A DNA stretch of 55,785 bases from a virus (Duplodnaviria > Caudoviricetes). The notes below the pieces were generated by a model. It saw only the letters and a list, made by a program, of their open reading frames with translations. It was not told the DNA's origin and did not search any database. The DNA lies in IMG/VR virus record IMGVR_UViG_3300031652_000003, positions 1 through 55,785 of that record. One strand, 5' to 3'. Numbering within the stretch: position 1 is the stretch's first letter; each line of letters begins with the position of its first letter. The position numbers and the translations under genes were made by a program. Shown in pieces: positions 47,731 to 55,785 of this stretch.

Positions 47731-48137
47731 CCAACTGCACGGTATTAACAACTAAAATTAAATTGAAATGATATACTTAACGGTAATTAACACGATAGCG
47801 ATAATTTACATATTAACGCACAAACAATTTTCTATTCATAAAAACGAGACATTCTCAAACAATACGTTGTTAGGTTATGGTTTGTATTATAAGAACAAAA
47901 GGAGATTATATACACCCATAAGAAATGCAAGAAGAACAGAGCTTAACGAGGAAGTTCACAGGATGATAAATGACACAGTTAACAAGCATTACACAATAAG
48001 AGCTAAATTTAGCTGGATAAAAACCATAACCGATGCTGAGCAGTTCAGAAAAGACTATGAAGTAGTAGATAGAAAATTAGTTAACGAGCTTGTGGATAAC
48101 TTTAAATTGGAACACCAACAGTAGTGTTGTTGGTAAC
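47727..48137 (+). mobile_element. Integron-like cassette with ORF 47768-48124
   Basis: gttaccaactgcac / gtgttgttggtaac (12 of 14 complementary), then the conserved site. Confidence 0.8.
47768..48124 (+). CDS. Hypothetical protein with an N-terminal TM
   Basis: ORF track. Confidence 0.65.
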   Translation: MIYLTVINTIAIIYILTHKQFSIHKNETFSNNTLLGYGLYYKNKRRLYTPIRNARRTELNEEVHRMINDTVNKHYTIRAKFSWIKTITDAEQFRKDYEVVDRKLVNELVDNFKLEHQQ

Positions 48138-48358
48138 ACGCGAATAAATACCATGTACGGTTTAGTACACTAAAACTAAGATTATGGAGAAATATTTCAA
48201 TCCAAAACCAAATTATAACCCAATCTTAGGATGTGTTTTCAAGGGCGATGTAATAAAGAGGGAATCTCTCAATAATGAATCATTAGATAGAATTGAATCT
48301 AGGAAAACTAAGCGGTGTTTATAAAAAGAGAGTGTAATAACTTAAATAAAATTGAGCA

Positions 48359-48898
48359 ATGGAAATAACTAATAAAATAGTTGAAAGCTATAAATTTAAA
48401 CGAATAAACAACAGTATGTGGCGCAGAGATGAAATGACATTACAAAATGCATACACTCATAGAGGCGACAATATCTACGAGAAAATACTAAACACCAAAA
48501 AAGCTTATAAGGCATGTTATAAAGGTAAATTTGTAGCAATGATTGAAACTGAAATGGGACTACACCATTTAGTTTATATGTATTTTGAGCGGGGCGCAAA
48601 TATGGAAATTAAGACGTATGTAATATCCAGTGAAACAGATAGCCAAGTAATACAAGCTAAAAACATAGCGTCTGTAATATGTAAATACGGTTTAATTTGT
48701 GGCGATATAAATAAAGAAATTGTAGCCATAATTGAACTTGAGCGAGGGGTAGAGTTTTTAAAGCAATTTTCGAGCATGACACAAGCAAATGAATTATTAC
48801 CGCGTGTTATCAAAATGCAGCTTCTTTCCGACGACCAACTTAGAATATTAAATGATACTTATAATAGATTACTTGGCGAAGAACCTACAAAATTATAG
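48359..48898 (+). CDS. Hypothetical mosaic protein
   Basis: Internal ttgagcgRggg repeats and a GTTA junction at 48806. Confidence 0.6.
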   Translation: MEITNKIVESYKFKRINNSMWRRDEMTLQNAYTHRGDNIYEKILNTKKAYKACYKGKFVAMIETEMGLHHLVYMYFERGANMEIKTYVISSETDSQVIQAKNIASVICKYGLICGDINKEIVAIIELERGVEFLKQFSSMTQANELLPRVIKMQLLSDDQLRILNDTYNRLLGEEPTKL

Positions 48899-48942
48899 TT
48901 ATTTGCGCTAACAAGCGAATAAACACACTAAAACTTAATACA

Positions 48943-49173
48943 ATGAAACAAAAATCGAGTGTACTAGAAAAAATAAGACAAAGAATGCCATTGGAAACTA
49001 AACTTAAAATATCGTTTCAGATGCACGATTATGAAAACTGGAAAGATGGTGAATATTTTGGAGATACTGAAAAGTACGTTAAAATAGCACTTGATGAAAT
49101 AAAGGAACATATACAAATACGCTATCCTAATGTTAATATAGATAAATTGTGTTTATACCGTGTTGTAAAATAA
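48943..49173 (+). CDS. Hypothetical protein
   Basis: ORF track. Confidence 0.6.
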   Translation: MKQKSSVLEKIRQRMPLETKLKISFQMHDYENWKDGEYFGDTEKYVKIALDEIKEHIQIRYPNVNIDKLCLYRVVK

Positions 49174-49390
49174 CATAAGCGACATAAAGAATTTACTGGT
49201 GGGGAATGCGCTACAATAAGCAAATAATACAAACTATAATAAAATTAAACACAAAGATTTATTATGTCAATATTAATTTGTATATTTGCCTAATAGAACG
49301 CGGGAAGCCTCTTTGTAATGCTCACTAACTCACGTCTTCGAAGCCGGATTAATTTCCGGTTTATTTAAAACTTTAAAATTACAATTGTCA

Positions 49391-49570
49391 ATGAAACTAA
49401 TTAAAACATCTGAGAAAGTATTGGTTTGGATGCATCGGACAGGTAAGACTCAATTAGAAGTTTCTGATGCTATGAATATAAATAGACAAGCCTTGGCATC
49501 TAAAATAAAAGATAATGTTTTTAGTGTGTCCGATCTAATGAATCTCAAGCGTTTAGGGTTTAACGAATAG
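49391..49570 (+). CDS. XRE/Cro-like HTH regulator
   Basis: KTQLEVSDAMNINRQALASKIK. Confidence 0.7.
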   Translation: MKLIKTSEKVLVWMHRTGKTQLEVSDAMNINRQALASKIKDNVFSVSDLMNLKRLGFNE

Positions 49571-49630
49571 ATTTTTTTGGCCATAAATTTTAACAAATGT
49601 AAATTTTTATTATTAATTAAAATTAAGATT

Positions 49631-49897
49631 ATGAAAGAAATTAAACACACAGCTCGTGGGGGTACTGATATTTGTATTTACGAACATACTGAGACTCAAA
49701 TTATAGGTAGCTTCTTTAATGATAAAGATAAACCTGAAGTCGGAGATATTATAAATACAGCCTACGAAAAACCTAATTACGTTGTAGTTAAAATCATCGA
49801 AAATAGAGATGCTTGTATTCATTCTGATTGCAGAAAAAATCCAAACAATGCCTACTTTATTCTTGAGGTAGATAGAGTAAATCCTCAACGACTCTAA
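49631..49897 (+). CDS. Hypothetical protein
   Basis: ORF track. Confidence 0.6.
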   Translation: MKEIKHTARGGTDICIYEHTETQIIGSFFNDKDKPEVGDIINTAYEKPNYVVVKIIENRDACIHSDCRKNPNNAYFILEVDRVNPQRL

Positions 49898-50013
49898 TAA
49901 GAATAATAGCCAAAAAATAGCGAGAAACTTCTATAACCTCGCATAATTAACAAAGAGATATGAATGTAAAAACTATTGCAGACGTCTTCGACAAGGTAAA
50001 GGATAATGTGCTA

Positions 50014-50137
50014 TAACAGTAACTTGTAAGTGTAGTTTGGGATTAAACCCACTACATGACCAAGATAGTAATAACTTAATAAATTGATATATAGATGAAT
50101 AACGCAGCGAAACCCAAATTACATTTACAAAATGTTG
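50014..50137. mobile_element. attC-like hairpin containing the start of ORF 50095
   Basis: taacagtaacttgtaagtgtagtttggg vs cccaaattacatttacaaaatgttg. Confidence 0.8.
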
Positions 50138-50304
50138 TGCACCGTTTATTAAGGGTAGTTTTGACACCCCTTATAATTGTGACCATGTGCATAGTTGCTT
50201 TAAGTGCCGTAATTAGCTTACCAATTTGGATAGTGAGTGGCAAAACGATTATACCGTATGCTGTAAATTTAGCCCATAAACACATGGAATTAGCTTGGGA
50301 TTAA
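50095..50304 (+). CDS. Small membrane protein whose TM part lies in cassette 50134-50316
   Basis: gttgtgcacc / ggtgcataac ends. Confidence 0.65.
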   Translation: MNNAAKPKLHLQNVVHRLLRVVLTPLIIVTMCIVALSAVISLPIWIVSGKTIIPYAVNLAHKHMELAWD

Positions 50305-50486
50305 ATGGTGCATAACGTATGGTTGTATAGTGTAGCGTGAATTACTCACTAAACTACAATTGAAAAGCTACTGTTAAAAATTATTTTTTAGGGAGGGTTT
50401 TTATTTTTTTTGTGTAAATAGTTTGTATTTAAAAAGTATTTACTATATTTGTATAGCAATAATGCAGATAACTTTAAATTAAGATT

Positions 50487-50933
50487 ATGAAAACTTATTT
50501 AATAGCCAGAGCTAAAATTGAAGAAAGAGACTATAAAAAAGGATTTGACTCTATTGTGAATTTAGATTACATGGGTGCTTCTGAGTATGAATGGGGAGCA
50601 ATGCCAGAATCTCTAGTCAGAACTAGAAAGAACATTAACGATTACACTTATTTAGATGTACCAATTAAAAATATAAGCGTAACCGTATTTTGCCACAACG
50701 ATAATAAAAGCGATGTAAAAAAGTACTTAACAGAACTTGCTAACGGCAAAATGCGAACCAAGAACGGAAATCACTTTGATTGGTACGTACAAAACGAAAA
50801 GAAAAGTGATTTTACTTATGTTAGAGATAGGGTGAATTTTTGGTGGGACATTGAAAACGATTTGATGTTTTGGATTAAAAGCCCTGATTTTGAAATTAAG
50901 TTTAAGGATATTATTAAAGTAAAACCAGAATAA
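50487..50933 (+). CDS. Hypothetical protein, first gene of the enclosed module
   Basis: LDYMGASEYEWG motif; own TATATTTG promoter at 50444. Confidence 0.75.
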   Translation: MKTYLIARAKIEERDYKKGFDSIVNLDYMGASEYEWGAMPESLVRTRKNINDYTYLDVPIKNISVTVFCHNDNKSDVKKYLTELANGKMRTKNGNHFDWYVQNEKKSDFTYVRDRVNFWWDIENDLMFWIKSPDFEIKFKDIIKVKPE

Positions 50934-51091
50934 TGGCAACTAAGAAAGTAACTATTAGCTTAACTCAAGAACAACAAGACAAAGCTAAAGAAGATAGCAA
51001 AGCCATATTTGGCAAAGAAAACCTAAGTGGATATATTCAAATTCTTATCCAAAATGGTTTTGAAAAAACCAAAGAGCGTGGGCAAAAATAA
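50933..51091 (+). CDS. Ribbon-helix-helix-like protein (52 aa, not in the ORF track)
   Basis: MATKKVTISLT...ENLSGYIQILI; TAATG coupling to the previous gene. Confidence 0.65.
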   Translation: MATKKVTISLTQEQQDKAKEDSKAIFGKENLSGYIQILIQNGFEKTKERGQK

Positions 51092-51151
51092 TTTTGGATT
51101 AACCCACTGAGCTTGATTAAATGAACGAAACAGCTATACACTATACAACGT

Positions 51152-51180
51152 GTTAGCTTTTCGTTTTAATGAAAGCTAAC
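51152..51180. mobile_element. Empty 29-bp cassette
   Basis: gttagcttt-tcgttttaatg-aaagctaac, then the conserved site. Confidence 0.7.
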
Positions 51181-51226
51181 ACGCGAATAAATACCATGTA
51201 CGGTTTCGTACACTAAAACTAAGATT

Positions 51227-51448
51227 ATGGAGAAAAGCGTTTTATTAGAAGAAATAGAAAAATGGTCGCATAAATATGAATTAAGCTTTCAATTCTGGGG
51301 GAATGATTGTAATAATGTTTTTATTAGCAAGGATGGAGTTGATTTATATGATACTGGCGGATATTCATCTATAGAAGATGTGTTAATAGTTACTTTAAAA
51401 TGGATTTACAGAGTAAATAGGACTCCAAGTAATAAACGAATTTGTTAA
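51227..51448 (+). CDS. Hypothetical protein
   Basis: ORF track. Confidence 0.6.
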   Translation: MEKSVLLEEIEKWSHKYELSFQFWGNDCNNVFISKDGVDLYDTGGYSSIEDVLIVTLKWIYRVNRTPSNKRIC

Positions 51449-51458
51449 ATTAGATAAT

Positions 51459-52280
51459 ATGGCAAGACCTCATAGAAACACAGTCGATTATTTCCCCTTC
51501 TATTGCGCTGAAGGTAAGAAAATGTATTATCTTGAAGAAAAATACGGTAACGATGGGTTCGCGGTATTTTTAAAGATATTACGAGAACTTGCAAAATCAG
51601 AACATCACTACTTAGATTTATCAAAAAAAACCACCTTAATGTTTCTTAGTGCAAAATGTAAGGTCAGTGTAGAAACTTTACAGGTTATTATAAATGATTT
51701 AGTAGATTTAGAAAAATTCGATTCAATTCTTTGGAACGAAAATAAAATAATTTGGTGTCAAGATTTTATTGATAGCATTCAAGATGCTTACAACAAAAGA
51801 ATTAATAACTGTATAACTTACGATGGTTTACTATCACTTTTAGTTGGTTTAGGGGTACGTAAACCAACTAAAAGTGATAGTGAAGGTGACATAAAACCAC
51901 AAAGTATACTAGAGTATAGTAAAGAAGATAAAAGTATATATAAACAATTCTCTCATTTAAAAATTTCTATTGAAAAAAATAATAAACTAATAAATTTAGG
52001 TTATAAGCAAGATGAGATAGATTCTGTTTATGAAAGTATAGAGAATTACAAAAAGAATACTCAGTATAAATCGCTTTATTTAACATCAAAAAAATGGTTA
52101 AAAAAGGAATATGGAGATAGAAAAATAAGACCATTACAAACTAAACCATTACCCAAATGGGAGTGTAAATTCAATGCAGCTCCAACAAAGATTTATGAAT
52201 GCGATACTGAAGAAGAAGCGAGAGAGTTATATTTTAATTTTGGCGGAGCCTACCCTCAACAAGTAAGACAAATTAAATAA
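51459..52280 (+). CDS. Replication initiator (DUF4373/Lin1244-like N-terminus)
   Basis: MARP...VDYFP...EEKYGNDGFAVFLKIL; upstream of the primase-helicase. Confidence 0.75.
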   Translation: MARPHRNTVDYFPFYCAEGKKMYYLEEKYGNDGFAVFLKILRELAKSEHHYLDLSKKTTLMFLSAKCKVSVETLQVIINDLVDLEKFDSILWNENKIIWCQDFIDSIQDAYNKRINNCITYDGLLSLLVGLGVRKPTKSDSEGDIKPQSILEYSKEDKSIYKQFSHLKISIEKNNKLINLGYKQDEIDSVYESIENYKKNTQYKSLYLTSKKWLKKEYGDRKIRPLQTKPLPKWECKFNAAPTKIYECDTEEEARELYFNFGGAYPQQVRQIK

Positions 52281-54142
52281 TGCAAATAAACGGATTCGAA
52301 ATATCGAAGTTTAATATACATAAATTCCCTGAAGGGGTAAAGTATCATACTTGCCCATTATGTAGCGCTGATCGTAAAAAGAAAACACAAAAATGTGTCA
52401 GAATATATTGGGAATCTGGACTTGCTAAATGTTCTCATTGCGGAGAGGTTATTCAGTTACATGAGTTTAAAAGGAAAAAAGAAAAAATAAGGTATAATAT
52501 CCCTGATTGGAAGAATAACACTTCATTAAGTGATAATGTTGTTAAATGGTTTGAATCACGTAATATTAGCCAATTTATTTTAAGGTTAATGAAAATAGGT
52601 GAAGGAATAGAATCAATGCCTCATTATACAAAAAAAGAATCTATATGGAAAAATAAAAACACAATACAATTTCCTTATTTCAGAAATGGAAATGTAATAG
52701 ATATAAAATACAGGTCAGGTGATAAAACTTTTAAGCTATTTAAAGGAGCTGAAAGAATACCTTATAATCTTGATAATATACAAGGACAGGAAGTTATCTA
52801 TTGTGTAGAAGGTGAACCAGATGTTTTAGCAACTATGGAATGTGGAATTCATAATGTCACAAGTCCTCCAAATGGATTCACAGAAAAAGGAAATGTTAAT
52901 TTAGATTGGCTTAATGCAGATGTTGAACATTTTATAAAAGCTGAAAAATTAATCCTTGCGTTTGATAATGATGTTCCTGGAGAAAACGGTAAAAGAGAAT
53001 TTATAAGACGGTTTGGTGCCCACAAATGTTTCACTGTAGATTTAAAAAATTGTAAGGATGCAAATGAATATTTAGTTGAATATGGAGTTGAAGAACTTAA
53101 AATAGCTCTTGAAAATCACATTGAAATACCTTTAGAAAATGTAAGTACATATAACGACTATAAAGAAAAAGTAAGAGATTTCTTTTTAAATGGAATGCCA
53201 AAAGGAATTATTACTAAAACATTGAAAGGTCTTGATAATAATTTTAGTGTAAATTTTGCTCAAACTGTTATGGTTACTGGTAAACCTTCATCTGGAAAAT
53301 CAGATGTTGTTGATCAAATAGTACTAAGTTATGCACTAAACTATGGATATAAAACGGCTTTTGCTAGTGTTGAAAATAAACCTAATCAATTACACCATCA
53401 AAAACTAATAAAAAAATTAAATGGTATTGTTCCATCAAAACCAGAGCATTTTAATAAATCGTTTGAAGCATGCGAAAAGTTTATTGATGATCATATCATA
53501 ATGATAGATTTAGAGAATGGATATGATTTAGAACGAGTACTTTTAAAAGCTGAAGAGTTAGTTTATAGAAAAGGTGTCCGTATATTGGTTATCGACCCAT
53601 TCAATAAAATACCATACAAAGGAAATATCGAAAGTATTACTGGAAATAGAACTAATGATTACACAAATAAATATCATCAATTGTTAAATGAATTTGAGAA
53701 TAAATTTGATGTATTAGTTTTCTTAGTTGCTCATCCGGTTAAACTTCCTAAAATGGATAATGGCAAAAGAGTTATTCCTGATTTTTATGATGTCAAAGGA
53801 GGTGGAGAGCACTATGATATGAGTCATCATGGAATTGTTGTTGATAGGGATTATGAACTTGATATTACTTTAATAAGAACTCTAAAAGTCAAATTTATTC
53901 ATTTAGGAGAAAACAACAAAGATTCTTTTTTTAAGTATAACATTAACAACGGGCGTTTATGTGATATAGATGGAGATCCTTATAGTGTTGAAGGTTTCAA
54001 TATACTTTGGGACAACGAAAACTGGGTAACTAAAGGTATGGATGAAGCAGAACAAAAAGATATATTTAGTAATAATGATTTAACACATAATCCAGATGAA
54101 TGGCTTGAACCGAAGAAAGGAGATGATTATGTACCATTTTGA
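52280..54142 (+). CDS. T7 gp4/Twinkle-type primase-helicase
   Basis: Zn finger CPLC/CSHC, TOPRIM VEGEPD and FDND, Walker A GKPSSGKS, IDPFN, VAHP. Confidence 0.92.
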   Translation: MQINGFEISKFNIHKFPEGVKYHTCPLCSADRKKKTQKCVRIYWESGLAKCSHCGEVIQLHEFKRKKEKIRYNIPDWKNNTSLSDNVVKWFESRNISQFILRLMKIGEGIESMPHYTKKESIWKNKNTIQFPYFRNGNVIDIKYRSGDKTFKLFKGAERIPYNLDNIQGQEVIYCVEGEPDVLATMECGIHNVTSPPNGFTEKGNVNLDWLNADVEHFIKAEKLILAFDNDVPGENGKREFIRRFGAHKCFTVDLKNCKDANEYLVEYGVEELKIALENHIEIPLENVSTYNDYKEKVRDFFLNGMPKGIITKTLKGLDNNFSVNFAQTVMVTGKPSSGKSDVVDQIVLSYALNYGYKTAFASVENKPNQLHHQKLIKKLNGIVPSKPEHFNKSFEACEKFIDDHIIMIDLENGYDLERVLLKAEELVYRKGVRILVIDPFNKIPYKGNIESITGNRTNDYTNKYHQLLNEFENKFDVLVFLVAHPVKLPKMDNGKRVIPDFYDVKGGGEHYDMSHHGIVVDRDYELDITLIRTLKVKFIHLGENNKDSFFKYNINNGRLCDIDGDPYSVEGFNILWDNENWVTKGMDEAEQKDIFSNNDLTHNPDEWLEPKKGDDYVPF

Positions 54143-54518
54143 TAACAACGAATCAAATTTACATTTTTATTCTAAAGTAGTACTACGAAATTGGATAAGA
54201 TCATTCCCTGATAGATTTGGAATAATAGATTTACAAAGCGTAAGGCTTGAGGAGTGTTTTGCTGAAAATGGAAGGATTATTTTTGTGCCTGATGTGTCAG
54301 TATACGATAGAAATGGGTTAACTCATATGTTTGAAATAGAACACACGTCACCGTTAACAGGTGAAAAATTAAATAGAATGCAATGGTATTTCTTTAATAA
54401 TAAAGAAAATCCTATTATATATGAAATTGAGGCTAAATATATAATGAAACAGACTAAGTGTCCTACAAAAATAGAAATGCAGCGATTTGAATTGTTTAAT
54501 GATGGAATTAAATTCTAG
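54123..54518 (+). CDS. PD-(D/E)XK-like nuclease
   Basis: VPDV...FEIEHTSP. Confidence 0.5.
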   Translation: MIMYHFDNNESNLHFYSKVVLRNWIRSFPDRFGIIDLQSVRLEECFAENGRIIFVPDVSVYDRNGLTHMFEIEHTSPLTGEKLNRMQWYFFNNKENPIIYEIEAKYIMKQTKCPTKIEMQRFELFNDGIKF

Positions 54519-54523
54519 GTGGT

Positions 54524-54760
54524 ATGAGTGAAATATCCGACAAATTAGAATACGGGTCTATTGCTATTAAGATAAAAAATGGTAAAGCAAAAAGAAAAGA
54601 TTATGAAAGACTTAATCTCGTAGAGGCTAGAATATATTCTATTGAGTTACAAGAAAAACTAAGAAAAAAGTATTCTCCAGAACTTGTAAGTAAGATAAAT
54701 GCTTTAGAAATACGCATTAGGAATATGGAACAAAGTTGGGATATATACAAAAAAGACTAA
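54524..54760 (+). CDS. Hypothetical protein
   Basis: ORF track. Confidence 0.55.
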   Translation: MSEISDKLEYGSIAIKIKNGKAKRKDYERLNLVEARIYSIELQEKLRKKYSPELVSKINALEIRIRNMEQSWDIYKKD

Positions 54761-54797
54761 GCTATGAAACAACTAATTAATCGCAAAAATTGATTAA

Positions 54798-55448
54798 ATG
54801 AACGAATTTAAGAAAGAAAAAAGGGGGGGTATTTGTTTTTATAACTGTGATAATATCGAGTTTATGAAAACTAAACCAGATAATTATTACGACCTTGCAA
54901 TAGTTGACCCACCTTATGGTATTTTAAATAAGACAAAACGTGGAGGCGACAAAAAATTCAATATGGCAGAATACAGTCAATGGGATAAAAAACCTGATAA
55001 TAGTTATTTTAATGAACTATTTCGTGTCTCAAAAAATCAAATAATATGGGGCGGTAATTATTTTGGTCAATTGTGGCAAAGAAGTGAATATAATAAAGGA
55101 TTTGTCATTTGGGATAAAAATCAACCTGAATCATTAAATAACTTTTCAATGGCTGAAATGGCTTGGTCTTCATTGGATAGACCATCAAAAATATTTCATT
55201 ACAGTGTTCGCAAGAATAGGAATAAAATCCATCCAACTCAAAAACCAATAGTATTATATGAATGGCTTCTTAAGATGTATGCAAAAGAAGGCGATAAAAT
55301 TCTTGATACGCATGGAGGGAGTTGCACCCACGCAATTGCATGTGATATGGAAGGCTATGATTTAGATATATGTGAAATAGATCACGAGTACTTTAATAAT
55401 GGCTTAAACGCTTTTGATAAGTACAAACGCCAGCTCAAACTATTTTAA
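54798..55448 (+). CDS. DNA N6-adenine/N4-cytosine methyltransferase (beta class)
   Basis: DPPY, IIWGGNYF, HPTQKP, DTHGGS. Confidence 0.92.
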   Translation: MNEFKKEKRGGICFYNCDNIEFMKTKPDNYYDLAIVDPPYGILNKTKRGGDKKFNMAEYSQWDKKPDNSYFNELFRVSKNQIIWGGNYFGQLWQRSEYNKGFVIWDKNQPESLNNFSMAEMAWSSLDRPSKIFHYSVRKNRNKIHPTQKPIVLYEWLLKMYAKEGDKILDTHGGSCTHAIACDMEGYDLDICEIDHEYFNNGLNAFDKYKRQLKLF

Positions 55449-55658
55449 AAAAAACTAATACTATGAAACAACTAATTGATTTAAAAGAAACTTTAAAAAC
55501 ACAAGAATCTCAGATACCTGAGTTTGTTAGAGACTTGAATTTAATTCTAAAAAGTTACGAAAAATGACTTTTCTCATGTTTTAAGTAAATAATTATGATT
55601 AATATTGATGAATTATGAAAGAAATAGACGAAAAAAAACGTAACGAGATTAGGGATAT

Positions 55659-55785
55659 AACCGAAATAGTGTTTAATTATTTTGATTTACCTATAGTATA
55701 TTTGCATTCAAAGTCTCGAAAACGCGAATTGGCTCAAGCTCGACAGATAGCTATGTATTTTAGCAGAAGGCTAACTGAATCTTCA
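55659..55785. repeat. Terminal overlap identical to 1-127
   Basis: Exact copy of the first 127 nt. Confidence 0.95.

Larger units (their letters stand above)
50313..51155. mobile_element. Giant attC-like element enclosing a promoter and two genes
   Basis: taacgtatggttgtatagtgtagc vs gctatacactatacaacgtgtta, about 800 nt apart. Confidence 0.7.

Noticed and set aside
1384-51211. Conserved repeats as a CRISPR array
   Set aside because: The copies are dispersed over kilobases and separated by genes, not by uniform spacers, and there are no cas genes.
51870-51940. Iteron origin inside the initiator gene
   Set aside because: The aaagtata-like repeats are suggestive but too short and degenerate to call.
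300-53034. Minus-strand ORFs in the track
   Set aside because: They are short shadows of + strand genes with no recognisable motifs.
55659-55785. 127-bp terminal repeat as a biological direct terminal repeat
   Set aside because: The length equals a common assembler k-mer and the repeat cuts through a gene, so it is best read as circular overlap.

Overview
The window is an apparently complete, circularly assembled dsDNA tailed-phage genome of about 55,658 bp. Bases 1-127 are repeated at 55659-55785, which looks like an assembler overlap. It is AT-rich, uses the standard code, and essentially all genes are on the + strand. TAnnTTTG-type promoters, Shine-Dalgarno-less A-rich starts and Gln-ending signal peptides point to a Bacteroidota host. 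Recognisable modules are packaging and HK97-type head (18.8-26.9 kb), a siphovirus-like tail (27-42 kb), lysis (42-44.8 kb), replication (DUF4373-like initiator, T7-type primase-helicase, DnaA domain-IV protein), recombination (putative SSAP, exonuclease, NinG), two DNA methyltransferases, an RNA ligase, two homing endonucleases and a tRNA-Ser. I found no integrase, DNA polymerase or reverse transcriptase. The main finding lies in the accessory regions (about 0.5-16 kb and 45-51 kb), which are built like integron gene-cassette arrays. Segments start with GTTRRR and end with the complementary YYYAAC, and they are separated by attC-like imperfect hairpins of 47-843 bp, some with genes in the loop. 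About 13 segments end in one conserved site, YAAC-AMGCGAATAAATACCA-Y-GTACG-N4-CGTAC. Where an ORF crosses the junction, the GTT is read in frame as Val, so cassettes appear to swap protein C-termini. Other findings include a six-site palindrome regulon at a fixed 22 nt from the -7 box, candidate antisense and structured RNAs, and homing endonucleases that duplicate the end of the neighbouring gene. All calls come from reading the sequence by eye; no database searches were run, so novelty is unverified.
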